From the NCBI RefSeq assembly GCF_036365525.1, contig NC_090415.1, forward strand, positions 13,702,001 to 13,766,000: a stretch of 64,000 nucleotides of DNA. The letters run 5' to 3'. Each line of letters opens with the position of its first letter. Positions within the stretch are counted from its first letter, which is position 1. Source of the stretch: Heterodontus francisci (Eukaryota). Positions 13,280-25,867 of the stretch are shown here, one piece after another. Position numbers and translations under genes: made by a program. The notes beneath the pieces are model-generated. The model did no database searches. It worked only from the letters and a program-made list of their open reading frames with translations, and was not told the DNA's origin.

Positions 13280-14560
13280 GAACTTTACCTAACTTTCATC
13301 AGTATTGATTTGGAATGGATTGGATACAATGTCTGTCTCTTCTGCTTTGTTTGATTGCTGAATTGGAAATGTGTCTCTGAACTTGGGATCAGTGAGAGTT
13401 TCACTACATCTGCTCCTTGTGACTATGGAATGAAATGAAGGCCTAAAGGAGTGGTACTGTACCTTGTCAGTGATGGAAGGAGCCGACTGCACTTTCCCTT
13501 GTTCCTGGGAATCATCACATTCATTCTGCTCCCTTGAACTATTCACCGACAGTAAGGAAGAAAACTATGTATTGTAAGTCACGAGCAGTTGAGGTGGAAG
13601 CTGGAAAAGAGATTAATGTAACATTTCAATTAATAATCATTATGACTAATCACAAATGCTAACCAGAAATACAAAGAATATCACTGTCTGATTCCACTGC
13701 AGCTCTCAGCATCTGCTGACGAGGTGTCCTGGCAGTTCCATAACAATTTTGAGACATCCAGAAACAAGCCAACATCTACACTGCTCCAAGGTTGGAACGA
13801 TCTGATGGAGCAGGGATATTTGTGCAGGTCAGCTTTCTATTTCCATCTGGCATTATAATATAATGACCCAAGAACTAGGAGCATGAGTAAGCCATTCAGC
13901 CTCTCGCGCCTGATCCACCATTCAATAAGATCATGTCGAATTTGATCTTGGCTTCATTTCCATTATCCTGCCTGGCCAATAACCCATTACTCCCTTGTAG
14001 ATCAAAAGTTTAACTCATCCTTGAATATATTTCATTTTCCAGCCCCCACTACTCTCTGGTGCAGAGAATTCCATCGATTAATGACACTTTGAGAGAAGAA
14101 ATTCTTCCTTACCTCTGTCTAAAATGGTAGACCCCTTATTCTGAAACTGTGCAACGTGGTTCTTGATTCCCTCAAGAGGGGAGTCATCTTCTCAGCATCT
14201 ACTCTGTCAAGACCCCTCAGAATCTTACACTTTTCAATAAGATTAGCTCTGATTATTACAAACTCCAATGAGTGTAACACAACCTGCTCAACCTTTTGCT
14301 CATCAGACAGCCTCTTCATCTCAGGAACCAACTGAACGAATCTTGCCTGAACTGCATCCAATGCACGTATGCACGAAGGAGACCACAACTGTATCCACTA
14401 TTCCAGGTAATGTCTCACCAACACCCTGCAAATTTGTAGCAAAACTTTCCTCCATTTATATTCCAGCCCCCTTGCAGGTAATGTCAAAAGTTTTCACTAT
14501 TCACTTTTCAATAACAACAAACAGCGTGAAACCGGAGCTAAACCAGGAACAAACATTACA
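13280..14560. repeat. Local duplication, copy 1 (copy 2 at ~16150-17450); non-TE block plus minus-strand CR1 3' fragment
   Basis: Near-identical text at both sites, e.g. gtgatggaaggagccgactgcactttcccttg and atatcactgtctgattccactgcagctctcagcatctgctgacgagg. Confidence 0.85.
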
Positions 14561-16140
14561 GGTTTGAGAAGCAATTTTTTTGTTCATTACTTCTGCCATT
14601 TCCTTATTACCAAACTTGAACTTCCAATTTACATTCTCAACACTCACTTTCCTTACACTTTTCCTTTTCAAATGCCTGCAGAAACCCTTGTTATCTGTTA
14701 TTACATTTCTAGTTAGCTTACTCCCATGCTCTAATTTCTTTGCCCCTGATTAACCTTTGGTCAGAATATATAGAATGACACAGAATGACTCAATCATCTG
14801 ACCTACCACTCATCTTTGCACAATTCTCTGCCTTTTCATTCAGGTTGATGCCTTCCTTAACTTCTTTAATCAACCATGGATGGAGGATCCTCCCCTTGGA
14901 ATTATTCTTTACAGTAGGGATATACTTATTTAAAGTATTCTGAAATATCCACTTAAATGTCTGCCACTGCTTCTCAATTGATCCCAGTTCACTTCAGCTA
15001 GCTCAGCTTTCATGCCCACATAGTTGTCCTTATTTAAGCTTAAAATATTAGTCTTAGACCCACTCCTCTCACTTTCAAACTGGATGCAAACTTCAATCAT
15101 ATTGTGATCATTGCTACCAAGAGGTGCATTTACTCTGAGGTCAATAATTAATCCTGTCAAATTGCACAATGTCAAGTCGAGCAAGTTCTAGAACATGCTG
15201 CTGGAAGAAACTATCTCGAAAGCACTCTGTGAACTCCTCATACAGGCTTCTATTACCAATCTCATTCTTTCCAGTTTATAATTATTTACTTCAGACATAC
15301 AGCACTGAAACAGGCCCTTCAGTCCATCGAGTCTGTGCCAACCATCAACCACCCATTTAGACTAATCCTACATTAATCCCATATTCCTAACCCATCCCCA
15401 CCTTTCCTCAATTCTCCTACCACCTACCTATACTCAGGGCAATTTATAATAGCCAATTTACCTATCAACCTGCAAGCCTTTGGCTGCGGGAGGAAACTGG
15501 AGCACCCGGCGAAAACCCACAGAGTCACAGGGAGAACTTGCAAACTCCACACAGGCAGTACCCAGAATTGGACCTGGGTCGCTGGAGCTGTGAGGCTGCG
15601 GTGCTAACCACTGCACCACTGTGTTGATTAAAACACCTGTGATTCTTTCCATCTCATTATCACAAGCACCCAATAGATATTCTTGTATCCTTCATCCTAA
15701 ATTGCGATTACTGTCTGGGGGCCTGTAGACTGTTCCGACTAGTGCCTCTTTCCCTGACTATTCCTCATCTCCACTCAAACCGATTCTACATCCTGATCTC
15801 CTGAACCAAGGTCATGTCTAACTATTGCACCAATGCAATCCTTGATTAACAGTGCCAGCTCTCCACCTTTACCTCGCTTCCTATTCTTCTTGAATGTTAC
15901 ATATCCCTCAATATTGAGGACCCAATCCTTGTCATCCTGCAGCCATGTCTCCATAATGGTTATTAGATCATACTTATTTACTTCAACGTGTGCTATCAGT
16001 TCCTCTACTTTGTTATGAATTCTACATGCATTCACATAAAGGGCCTTTGGTGTTATCTTTCTGTTATCTTTGTCACATCTAGTGTTGACTGTTGATCTGC
16101 TCTGAGGTTATTTCTCTCTGCCCCTTCCTGCCATTCTTTG
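14560..16140 (-). mobile_element. Decayed CR1 APE-domain fragment with nested SINE
   Basis: METWLQDDKDW and LDLTLCN..LGSNDHN; homologous to 10260-11120. Confidence 0.8.
15285..15624 (-). mobile_element. HE1-type V-SINE, full length
   Basis: Minus strand: tRNA-derived head cacagtggtgcagtggttagcaccgcagcctcacagctccag, V-domain, LINE tail. Confidence 0.9.
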
Positions 16141-16149
16141 GCCTTCATT

Positions 16150-17450
16150 TCCCATGTTACTATTGTGTTGAGTTGGAATGGATAGGATACAATGTCTGTC
16201 TCTTCTGATTTGTTTGATTGCTGGATTGGAAATGTGTCTCTAACCTTAGGATCAGTGAGAGTTTGACTACATCTGCTTCTTGTGACAATGCCATGAACTG
16301 AAGGCCTATGGGAGTGGTACTGTACCTTGTCTGTGATGGAAGGAGCCGACTGCACTTTCCCTTGTGCCTGGGAATCATCACATTCATTCTGCTCCCTTGA
16401 ACTATTTGCCTACAGAAAGGAAGAAAACTATGTCTTGTAAGTCACGAGAAGTTGAGTTGGAAGCTAGAAAAGAGATTAATGTAACATTTCAATTCATAAT
16501 ATTTATGACTAATCACAAAGGCGAACCAAAAATACAAAGAATATCACTGTCTGATTCCACTGCAGCTCTCAGCATCTGCTGACGAGGTGTCTTGGCAGTT
16601 TCACAGCAATTTTGGGACATCCAGAAACAAGCCAACATCTACACTGCTCCAAGGTTGGGACGACCTGATGGAGCAGGGATATTTGTGCAGGTCAGGTTTC
16701 TATTTCCATCTGGCATTATAATGTAATAACCTAAGAACTAGGAGCAGGAGTCAGCCATTCAGCCTCTCCAGCCTGATCCACCATTCAATAAAATCATGTC
16801 TGATTTGATCTTGGCTTCAGCTCCATTATCCTGCCTGGCTAAAAACCCATTACTCCCTTGTAGATAAAAAAAAACTCATCCTGGAATATATTTAATCATC
16901 AGCATCCACTGCTCTCTTAGGTATAGAATTCCTTGGATTAATGACGCTTTGAGAGATGAAATTCTTCCTTACCTCCGTCTAAAATGGGAGACTCCTTATT
17001 CTGAAACTGTGCGGCGTGGTTCTTGATTCCCTCAAGAGGGGAGATATCTTTGCAGCATCTACTCTGTCAAGACCCCTCAGAATCTTACAGTTTTTCGATA
17101 AGATTAGATCTGGTTATTACAAACTCCAATGAGTGTAACACAACCTGCTCAACCTTTTCCTCATAACGCAACCTATTCATTGCAGGAAGCAACCGAACGA
17201 ACCTTGCCTGAACTGCATCCAATGCACGTATACATCCCTCATGAGCGAAGGAGACCACAACTGTATCCAGTAATCCAGGTGAGGTCTCAACAACACCCTG
17301 CAGAGTTGTAGAAAGACTTTCCTACATTTATATTCCATCCCCCTTGCAATAAATGCCAACAATCCGGCTCTGTTTTCACGATTCACTTTTCAATAACAAC
17401 AAAGAGCGTGAAATAGGAGCTAAACCAGGGGCAAGTATTACAGGATGAGG
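16150..17450. repeat. Local duplication, copy 2 of 13280-14560
   Basis: Direct sequence match as above. Confidence 0.85.
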
Positions 17451-17494
17451 AGAGAAAACAGCCATGAATTTCAACAGCAGCTTCTTGACCTTTT

Positions 17495-17720
17495 GTCTCA
17501 CTTACGCAGTGCACACGCACAGCCCGAGAAATGCCTCTGCCTTCCGCCGCTCACTCCATGTTACGGGATCACTTCCTGCCTCACTCTGTTTCTTGCAAGT
17601 AAATGACGATCAGCAGCCGAGCTGGCGCAAGTGAGCGCATGCGCTCTAAAGGTTAGCAATCATCAGCGGTGTGGGCGGGGCTATGACGCGCATGCGCATC
17701 TTTAGGCAACGTTGTGAAAT
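17495..17720. promoter_or_regulatory. CpG-rich promoter-like element with minus-strand splice donor
   Basis: NRF1 GCGCATGCGC at 17635-17644 and 17688-17697, GC box 17673-17680, ETS-like cacttcctg 17570-17578, GTAAGT on minus strand at ~17500-17505. Confidence 0.6.
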
Positions 17721-18249
17721 TCAATAAAATCAATTGGAACTTTATCCAGTTGAGTTTTTTTCACATTTTGAGCAATGAAACCGGGGCTGTGGGTAAGATA
17801 GTGATGTTTCCCTTCTGGGAGATTACCCCTTTGTGCAGTTCAATTTGAGATTATTCTCTGCAGTATGCTTGCTGTCCTTCAGCCCGGCTTCTCAAAGCAA
17901 TCCTCTGAGGGAGTCGGTGTGTTTGCTGGGATCGCGCAGGAGTTAATATCTGACAATAACAGTCCTACATTCATGTCAGCAGATTTAAACTGTCGGTCAC
18001 TGAGAGTCATAGCGAACGGTTTGAGCTGAAAGATTGCAGAGAGCTCAACAGGGCAGAAACAAGTTAAATTTGGGACATTGTGTGCCTCACTTTTGGACAC
18101 GTCCTCGGAATGTGAGATTAATAATGTGGCTGCCTGTTGCACCATATCAGTGAGAGATGAGTTTGTATCGTCGCTCTCCCCTGGCGGAACTTTCGAGATG
18201 AAACAAATCTTACAGTTCAGCCTACAACTCAATAATTACAGGCTCAGTC

Positions 18250-19750
18250 GTGGGCAAAATATTGGAATTCATTCAGAGAGACAGGATAAACTGTCACTTA
18301 GAAAGACAAAGATTAATCAAGCATAGTCAGCGTGGATTTGTGAAGGGAAGATCTCGTCTGACCAACTTGATCCAATTTCTTGAAGAAGTAACAAGGAAGT
18401 TGGATGATGGCACTGTAGTTGATGCGGTCTAGATGGATTTTCGCAAGGATTTTGACAAGGTCCCACATTGCAGACTGGTTAAAAAAAATAAAATCCCGCG
18501 TGATCCAGGAAAATGCAGTAAGCTGGATGCAAATTAGGTTTAGTGGCAGGCAATAAATGGTAATTGTTAACGTGTTTTTTCGATTGGAGGGCTGTTTCCA
18601 TTGGCGTTCCGCTTGGCTCAGGACTGGGTCACCTGCTCATTGTGGTATATATTAATGATTTGAACGTAAATGTACGGAACATGAATAAGAAGCTTACAAA
18701 TGACATAAAAATTGGTCGTGTGATAGAAAACGAGGAGGATTGCTGTAGGCTGCAGGAAGATGTTGATGGTCTGGACATATGAGCAAAAAATGGCAAATGG
18801 AATTCAACCCGGATAAGTGTGAGGCGATGCATTTTGGGAGGTCAAACAAGGCAAAGGAATACACGATTAATGGGAATATACTGAGTTGTGTAGAGAATGT
18901 GAGGGACCTTGGAGTAAATGTCCACTGACCCAGAAGGTAGCAGGACAGGTCGACAAGGTGGTTAAGAAGGCATATGGAATCCTTCCCTTTATTAGCTGAG
19001 GTCTAGAATATAATAGCAGGAAGGTTATCCTGGAAATATATCAACCATTGGTTAGGCTACAAATTGAGTACAGTGTGCAGTTCTCATCACCTCATTATAG
19101 AAGTGATGTAATTGCATTATAGAGGGTACAGAGGAGATTTACGAGGACATTTTCGGGACCTAAAAATGCAGCTATGAGGAAAGATTGGGTGAGCTGGGAT
19201 GTTCTCCTTGGAACAGAGAAGGGTAGATCTGATTGAAATATATCACATTTTGAGAGGCCTGGATAGAGTGGAGGTCAATGGCCCATTTACCTTCATAGAG
19301 AGTTACTCGGGGGCAAAGACTTTAAGTGCTTGGTAGAAAGATTAGAGGGGAAATAAAGGAAAGTTTTGACTTGATTGAAACATATAATATCCTGAGGGGT
19401 CTTGACAGGGTGGATGTGGAAAGGATGTTTCCCCTTGTGGGAGAATCTATAACAAGGGGTCACTGTTGAGAAATAAGGGGTCGCACATTTAAGACAGAGA
19501 TGAGGAGATTTTTTTTTCTCAGAGGGTCGTGAGACTTGGGAATTCTCTTCCTCAGAAGGTGAAGGAAGCAGAAACTTTGAATATTTTTCAGGTCCAGGTA
19601 AATAGATTCTTGACAAGAAAGGGAGTGTAGAAAACCGGGTCGTGCTGGAAATGTGGAGTAATCAGTTCAGAAATAAACTTATTGAATGGCAGAGCAGGCT
19701 CGAAGGGCTGAGTGGCCTACTCCTGCTCCTAATTCGTATGTTCGTATAAC
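18250..19750 (+). mobile_element. Decayed CR1 LINE RT-to-3'UTR fragments (composite)
   Basis: HSQRGFVKGRSRLTNL, GVPLGSGLG; tail gggctgagtggcctactcctgctcct. Confidence 0.8.
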
Positions 19751-21855
19751 ATGAGCGAGGTACCAACAGCAGCAGAATTGTACTCAACCCCAATCTTTAA
19801 GCTCATGGCCCAGCATATCCCTCACTCTAAAATTAACATCAAACCAGGAGACCAAACGTGATTCAATGAAGAGTGCAGCAGGGCATGCCAGAAGCAGCAC
19901 CAGGCATACCTCAAAATGAGGTCTCAACCTGGTGAAGCTACAACACAGGATTACTTGCATGTCAAACTGTGTATGCAGCATCCGATAGACAGAGCCAAGC
20001 AATTTCATAACCAATGGATCAGATCTAAGTGTTGCAGTCCTGTCACATCCAGCCGTGAATGGTGGTAGACAACTAAACAACTAACTGGAGGAGGTGGCTC
20101 CACAAATATGCCCATCTTCAATGATGAGGGAGCCCAGCACATCAGTGCAAAAGATAAGGTTGAAGCTTTTACAACAATCTTCGCTAGAAGTGCCGAGCTA
20201 ATGATTCATCTCAGACTATTCCTGAAGGCCCCAGCATCACAGATGCCAGACATCAGCCAATTCGAATCACTCCGTGTGACATTAAGTAATGACTAAAGGT
20301 GCTGGATACTGCCAAGGCTCTGGGTTTTGACAATGTTCTCCAATAGGACTGAAGACCTGTGCTCCAGAACTTGCTGGGCCCATAGCCAATCTGTTCCAGT
20401 ACAGCTACAACACTGGCATGTACCTAGCAATGTGGAATATGCCCCAGGTATGTCTTGGACACCAAAAGCAGGACAAGTCCAAGCTGGCTAATTAGACCCC
20501 ATCAGTCTACTCTCAATCATCAATAAAGTGATGGAAGGTGTCATCAACAGTGCCATCAAACGGCAGTTGCTCAGTAATAACCTGGTCAGTGACGCTCAGT
20601 TTGTGTTCCACCAGTGCCACTCAGCTCCTGACCACATTACAGCCTTGGTTCAAACATGGGCAAAAGAGCTGAACTCAAGAGTGAGAAGAAAGTGACTGCC
20701 CTTGACATCAAGGCAGCATTTGACCAAGTATGGCATCAAGGAACCCGAGCAAAACTGAGGTCAATGGGAATCAGTGGGAAAACTCTCTGCTGGTTGGAGT
20801 CATACCTAGTGCAAAGGAAGATGGTTGTGGTTGTTTGAAGTCAATCATCTGAACTCCATGACATCACTGCAAGAGGTCCTTAAGGTATTGTCCTATGCCC
20901 AACCATCTTCAGCTGCTTCATCAATGACTTTCCTTCAATCATAAGGTCAGAAGTGGGATGTTCACTGAAGATTGCACAAGGTTCAGCACGATTCGTGACT
21001 CCTCAGCTACTGACGCAGTCTGTGTAGAAATGCAGCAAGACTTGGACAATATCCAGGCTTGTGCTGATAAGGGGCAAGTAACATTCACGCCACACAAGTG
21101 CGAGGCAACTACCATCTCCAACAAGAGAGAATCTAACCATCTCCCCTTAACATTCAATGGCAATTAGCATCGCTGAATCCCCCACTATCAATATCCTAGG
21201 GTCTACCAATGACCAGAAACTGAACTGGAGTAGCCATATAAATACCGTGGCTACAAGAGCAGATCAGAGGATAGGAATCCTGCGACGAGCAAATAACCTG
21301 CTGACTCCCCAAAGCTTGTCCACCATTTACAAGGCGGGAGTCAGGAGTGTGATGGAATACTCTCCACTTGCCTGGATGCGTTCAGATCCAACAACACTCA
21401 AGAAGCTCGACACTATCCTGGACAAAGCAGCCCACTTGATTGCCACCCCATGCACGAACATTCACTCCCTCCACCACCGACACACAGTAGCAGCAATGCG
21501 TACCATCCACATGATGCACTGCAGCAACACACCAAGGCTTTTTAGACAGCACCTTGCAAACCCGTGAACACTACCAACTAGAAGCACAAGGGTAGTAGAT
21601 GCATGGGACCACCATCACCTGCCAGTTCCCCTCCAAATCACACATCATCCTGACTTCGAACTGTATTGCCATTCCTTCACTGTCGCTATGTCAAAATTCT
21701 GGAACTCCCTTCCTCACAACACTATGATTGTTCCTACCTCACATGGAGTGTAGTGGTTCAAGAAGACATCTCACCACAACCTCCTCAAGGGCAGTTATGG
21801 ATGGGCAATAAATGCTGGCCAAGCCAGCAACACCCACATCATATGGATGAATAAA
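19750..21855 (+). mobile_element. Second CR1/L2-group LINE family, RT region and 3'UTR, decayed
   Basis: ALDIKAAFDQVWH and MEYSPLAW; ends gggcaataaatgctggcc...atgaataaat. Confidence 0.8.
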
Positions 21856-21859
21856 TCAA

Positions 21860-22088
21860 ACAGGGTGGTGGTAGTCTGGAACTCACTGCCTGAAAGGGTA
21901 GTTGAAGTATAAACCTTCAAATCATTCAAAAGAAGTCTGGATATGCGTCTCAAGTGCCGTAATCTGCCGGGTTACGGACCAAATGCTGGCAGGTGGGATT
22001 AGAATGGGTGGAAATTTTTTCGGCTGGCACAGATACGATGGACCAAGTGGTTCCTTTCTGTGCCATAAACGTTCAATGTTTCTATGAT
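21860..22088 (+). mobile_element. CR1 3'-end fragment
   Basis: gggtggtggtagtctggaactcactgcctgaaagggtagttga; similar to 26450-26665. Confidence 0.7.
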
Positions 22089-22350
22089 TCTGAGTGAAAG
22101 CATATCTCTCCTTCTCACCATCACCCAAGCCTCTCGCCCACTCCAGATCTTTCTCTCTCTCTCTGCCTTTTTTTCGCTATTGATGCTGTCTCTCTCCCTC
22201 TGCCTTTGGTGCTGTATCTATGTTGGCGATACAGTTACTGAGTGTTATGTGTATGCATTCTATTGTAGTACTGATAGTCTCTCTCTCTGATGATACAGGT
22301 GAAGGTGAAATACTGTTGTTCAGTGTGATATGGACACACAGTTGGAAATT

Positions 22351-22727
22351 ATAATAATAAAAGCAAAATACTGCGGATGCTGGAAATCTGAAATAAAAAC
22401 AAGAAATGCTGAAAATACTCAGCATGTCTGGTAGCATCTGTGGAGGGAGAAGCAGAGTTAACGTTTCGTGTTAGTGACCTTTCTTCGAACCCCTTCACCC
22501 CTATGTCACCTTCACCTGTATCATCAGAGAGAGAGACACACACAGACAGACATAGTCCCTCACTCGCTCAATCAGTACTACAACAGAATACATACATAAA
22601 ACACTCACTAACTGTATCGTGAACATAGATACAGCACCAAAGGCAGAGGGAGAGAGACAGTTCCGAAGAAAGAATCACTGACCCGAAACGTTAACTCTGT
22701 TTCTCTCTCCACAGATGCTGCCAGACC
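22351..22727. mobile_element. Inverted pair of Penelope terminal arms enclosing an inverted copy of the local flank
   Basis: Arm 22351-22490 (-) and arm 22659-22727 (+); interior 22506-22660 is the reverse complement of 22186-22308 plus ~35 extra nt. Confidence 0.75.
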
Positions 22728-23735
22728 TTTTGGAAATGTAAGACTGATACACTCTCTCTCTCCCTCTCTCACCCCTCTCTCTCTTTCACTCTCCCTCTCT
22801 CTGTCCCTCTGTTGCTGTATATTAAAGGGTAATGGTGTTATTGAGCGTGTTATGGACACGCTGAACAGACGGTGTTTTCAGTCCTGCATCGAAGGACGGA
22901 GAGAACCAGCCTGTCACTGCCTGGAACAAAAAAAAACACAGCGTCTGAATGTGGGATTATTCTGTAACTGGACATCTCTCCTTGTTGACAATGGGATGTC
23001 TGGGACACCTGGAAAAATATGGATAGACTATAGGAAGAGACAGTCGATCATTTGTATTTTCACCGTCAGGAAACATGTTTCTGTGTGCGATCAATAACAT
23101 CAAACCGGACAGTAGTTTGAACACATTCAAAGCTGTGATTTGCTCTTGCCGTCGAACCTAATAAACAGACAACATTCGCAGCGCCAGTCTCAGAGTGTTT
23201 AACACTTACTGAGTCTAGAAAATACAAATACCCACCGTGAATCCGCAGCACAGGCCGAGCGGAGGGGAAATCCTGTCCTGGGAACGCTAAATTGAGCGAA
23301 CAGTTCGGCCTAAGATTGTGTGGATGTGAATATTGTGGAAGAGAGTGTATTAAAGGGGCGGGCGCGTTCGTCTAATGCCACTGTGTTTGTGGGTCTGGTC
23401 TCATCGCCGGATTTCCGAGTCCCTCTTGTGTAAAATAACAAGATTTTCCAGTCAAAGAAGCACTTTGCTCCCCTTCTAATCCTCAAAGTGGGAATTCAGT
23501 GTTGTTTGTTTGTTGATTTCAAGATTTTAATCGAAAAGTATGGAACATGTCAGCGATCGGCTGAGAGAGAGTCATCAGTGCAGCAATGAAACGGGTTTCA
23601 GTCGAAAATGGAGTCTTTACTTCAAGCGAAACCTTTGTGACAGCAAACATTCTGATGTCAGAGACAGGAAGGATCTAGCCTGGGACTCTGGAATACCCGA
23701 ATTTCAGTGGAATTGGAGAGTTTAGGACCAGAGAG

Positions 23736-23810
23736 AAACACAGAGAGGCAGCAGGAGCCGGGAGCTGACAGCAGTTTGTCTCCGCCCCGTCCGCTCGCTG
23801 CCTTTAAGTT
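23736..23810 (+). promoter_or_regulatory. H1 promoter elements
   Basis: H1 AC-box AAACACA 23736-23742, GC box tccgccccg 23781-23789, weak TATA-like tttaag ~23803. Confidence 0.55.
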
Positions 23811-23886
23811 GCTCAGTGCCGCCACCACCAGCTTCATTTCTGACCCAGTTCTGACTGACAGAGAGACTTTGTGCAGAGTCCTGGAC

Positions 23887-24570
23887 ATGACCGATACTGC
23901 AGCCGCCGAAACGGCTCCTCCAGCCGCCGCCGCTCAAGTCAAGACTCCAAAGAAGAAGAAGGCGGCTCCTCGGAAAGGGTCAGGCGGTCCCAAATTGGGC
24001 GAGCTGATCCTCAAGACTGTGGCGGAATGCAGTGTCCGCAGTGGGATGTCACTGCAGGCAATAAAGAAGGCTCTGCGTGTTAAAGGTGTCGATGTGGAGA
24101 AGAGCAAGTTCCAAATCAAGCAAAGTATCAAGCGGCTTGTGGCGAAAGACTTCCTGGTGCAGACGAAGGGCACGGGGGCCTCCGGCACCTTCAAAATCGC
24201 GAAACAGGAAAAGAAGGGAAATGTGGTGAAGAAGATTAAGACAGGAGCAGCCAAGAGATCTTTAGTGAAGAAAACAGCTGCCAAGAAACAGATAACAAAG
24301 AAAACAGCCAAGAAATCCCCAGGGAAGAAAATAGTCGCCAAGAAAGTGAGCAGCAAGAAGACGGCAGCCAAGAAAGTGAGCACCAAGAAGACGGCAACGC
24401 CAAAGAAGGCGGTAAAGAAAGCAACGCTTCCAAAAAAATCTCCAGCGAAGAATGCCAAAAAAGCCAAGAGGGCCACGGGTGGAAAGCCGCCCAAGAAAGT
24501 CCAATCATCAAGGGGCGGGAAGAAGCCGAAAGCAGCAAAGGCTCAGAAAGCAGCTCCTGGAAAGAAGTGA
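23887..24570 (+). CDS. H1: Linker histone H1 (227 aa), divergent globular domain
   Basis: First ATG at 23887: MTDTAAAETAP..., winged-helix core ending LVQTKGTGASGTFKI, Lys/Ala-rich tail with (S/T)PxK motifs; intronless with stem-loop. Confidence 0.95.
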   Translation: MTDTAAAETAPPAAAAQVKTPKKKKAAPRKGSGGPKLGELILKTVAECSVRSGMSLQAIKKALRVKGVDVEKSKFQIKQSIKRLVAKDFLVQTKGTGASGTFKIAKQEKKGNVVKKIKTGAAKRSLVKKTAAKKQITKKTAKKSPGKKIVAKKVSSKKTAAKKVSTKKTATPKKAVKKATLPKKSPAKNAKKAKRATGGKPPKKVQSSRGGKKPKAAKAQKAAPGKK

Positions 24571-24606
24571 AACAGCACGGGAAACTTGTAGACATCTGAA
24601 CCCAAA

Positions 24607-24648
24607 GGCTCTTTTCAGAGCCACCCACGTCTCTCAGGAAAGAGCTGA
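24607..24648 (+). terminator. Histone 3' stem-loop and HDE (H1)
   Basis: GGCTCT-TTTC-AGAGCC-ACCCA then aggaaagagctg. Confidence 0.95.
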
Positions 24649-25271
24649 TCCCCCGATCAAATGATCCCTGTCCCGCAGTCGTGTGCACATTTCACCTAGA
24701 AATGATTTGAATTAAATCCAAGTTCCCTGGTGACTCAACCCAGCCCTTCCTCACTCTCTGAAACAAATCAGGGATGTCCGGGCCTCACTGTACCCGGGCA
24801 TATGTTCGGTGAAGTCTCAGTTCATGCTCGTTTCAGGGCGACAGACAGTAACACAGTAACACGGGCGAGATACCCCGCGTCACATCTCAAACTCCAATAC
24901 ATGATTTTCTATAATTCAGCTGGGGTTAGGTTTCAGTAAACTGCTCAATCCGTCTGGGAGGAGCGGTGTGCCGAAACAGGTTGACTTGTGATCGGAAGCA
25001 CTGCACTTAGGCTTGTATATTACTAACTTTTAATTGTTACAGATCCGTATTTAGACCGCCGGTTTTTGTTATCATTGGCGATAAAGGCCGAATCTCCATG
25101 TTTTATGCTGAGCTCTAATGTCGAGAACTGTTTTTTTTTAATTGGTGGATCGAGCAAGTGGGAGGCGGAGCGAGAGGATCAAAGACATTTCTCTGCTCTG
25201 TCTGTCACTCAGTTTCCTCCAGACCCGCCTCTGGCTCTCTGTCTCTTTCACAGTCAGGTCGGGGCAGGCTG

Positions 25272-25278
25272 TATAAAA
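25272..25278 (+). promoter_or_regulatory. H4 TATA box
   Basis: TATAAAA ~60 bp upstream of the ATG, preceded by GC-rich boxes. Confidence 0.75.
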
Positions 25279-25325
25279 AGGCAGCAGAAACTACTCGTTT
25301 CTCATTCAGAATTAGGTTTGTCTGA

Positions 25326-25646
<321 letters not shown>

Positions 25647-25676
25647 ACAAATCGACCTTGTCTACCAAAAACAAAA

Positions 25677-25692
25677 GGCTCTTATAAGAGCC
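25677..25692 (+). terminator. Histone 3' stem-loop (H4)
   Basis: GGCTCT-TATA-AGAGCC-ACCCA. Confidence 0.9.
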
Positions 25693-25867
25693 ACCCAAAA
25701 CCTCATATAGAGATAAGTGACCTTGAAACTGCAGCGGGGATGTCTTGGGATGTGAAATTGTTGTAACTCATCCAATGTTATGTGGACTTTATCAGATCAG
25801 TATTGCATTCTCTTATAGTCACTTTACGTCTCGCACATTTTTTCACTCTTTTGTTCCATGTTTAATA

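Noticed and set aside
23707-23886. N-terminal extension of H1 in the ORF track (similar extensions for H2A to 54062 and H2B to 29519/55326)
   Set aside because: The extensions overlap promoter or 5'UTR elements and mostly use non-ATG starts; histone homology begins at the downstream ATG.
23934-24688. Antisense and alternative-frame ORFs over histone genes (also 27600-28196, 53499-54035, 54871-55398)
   Set aside because: Shadow ORFs caused by biased, GC-rich histone codon usage.
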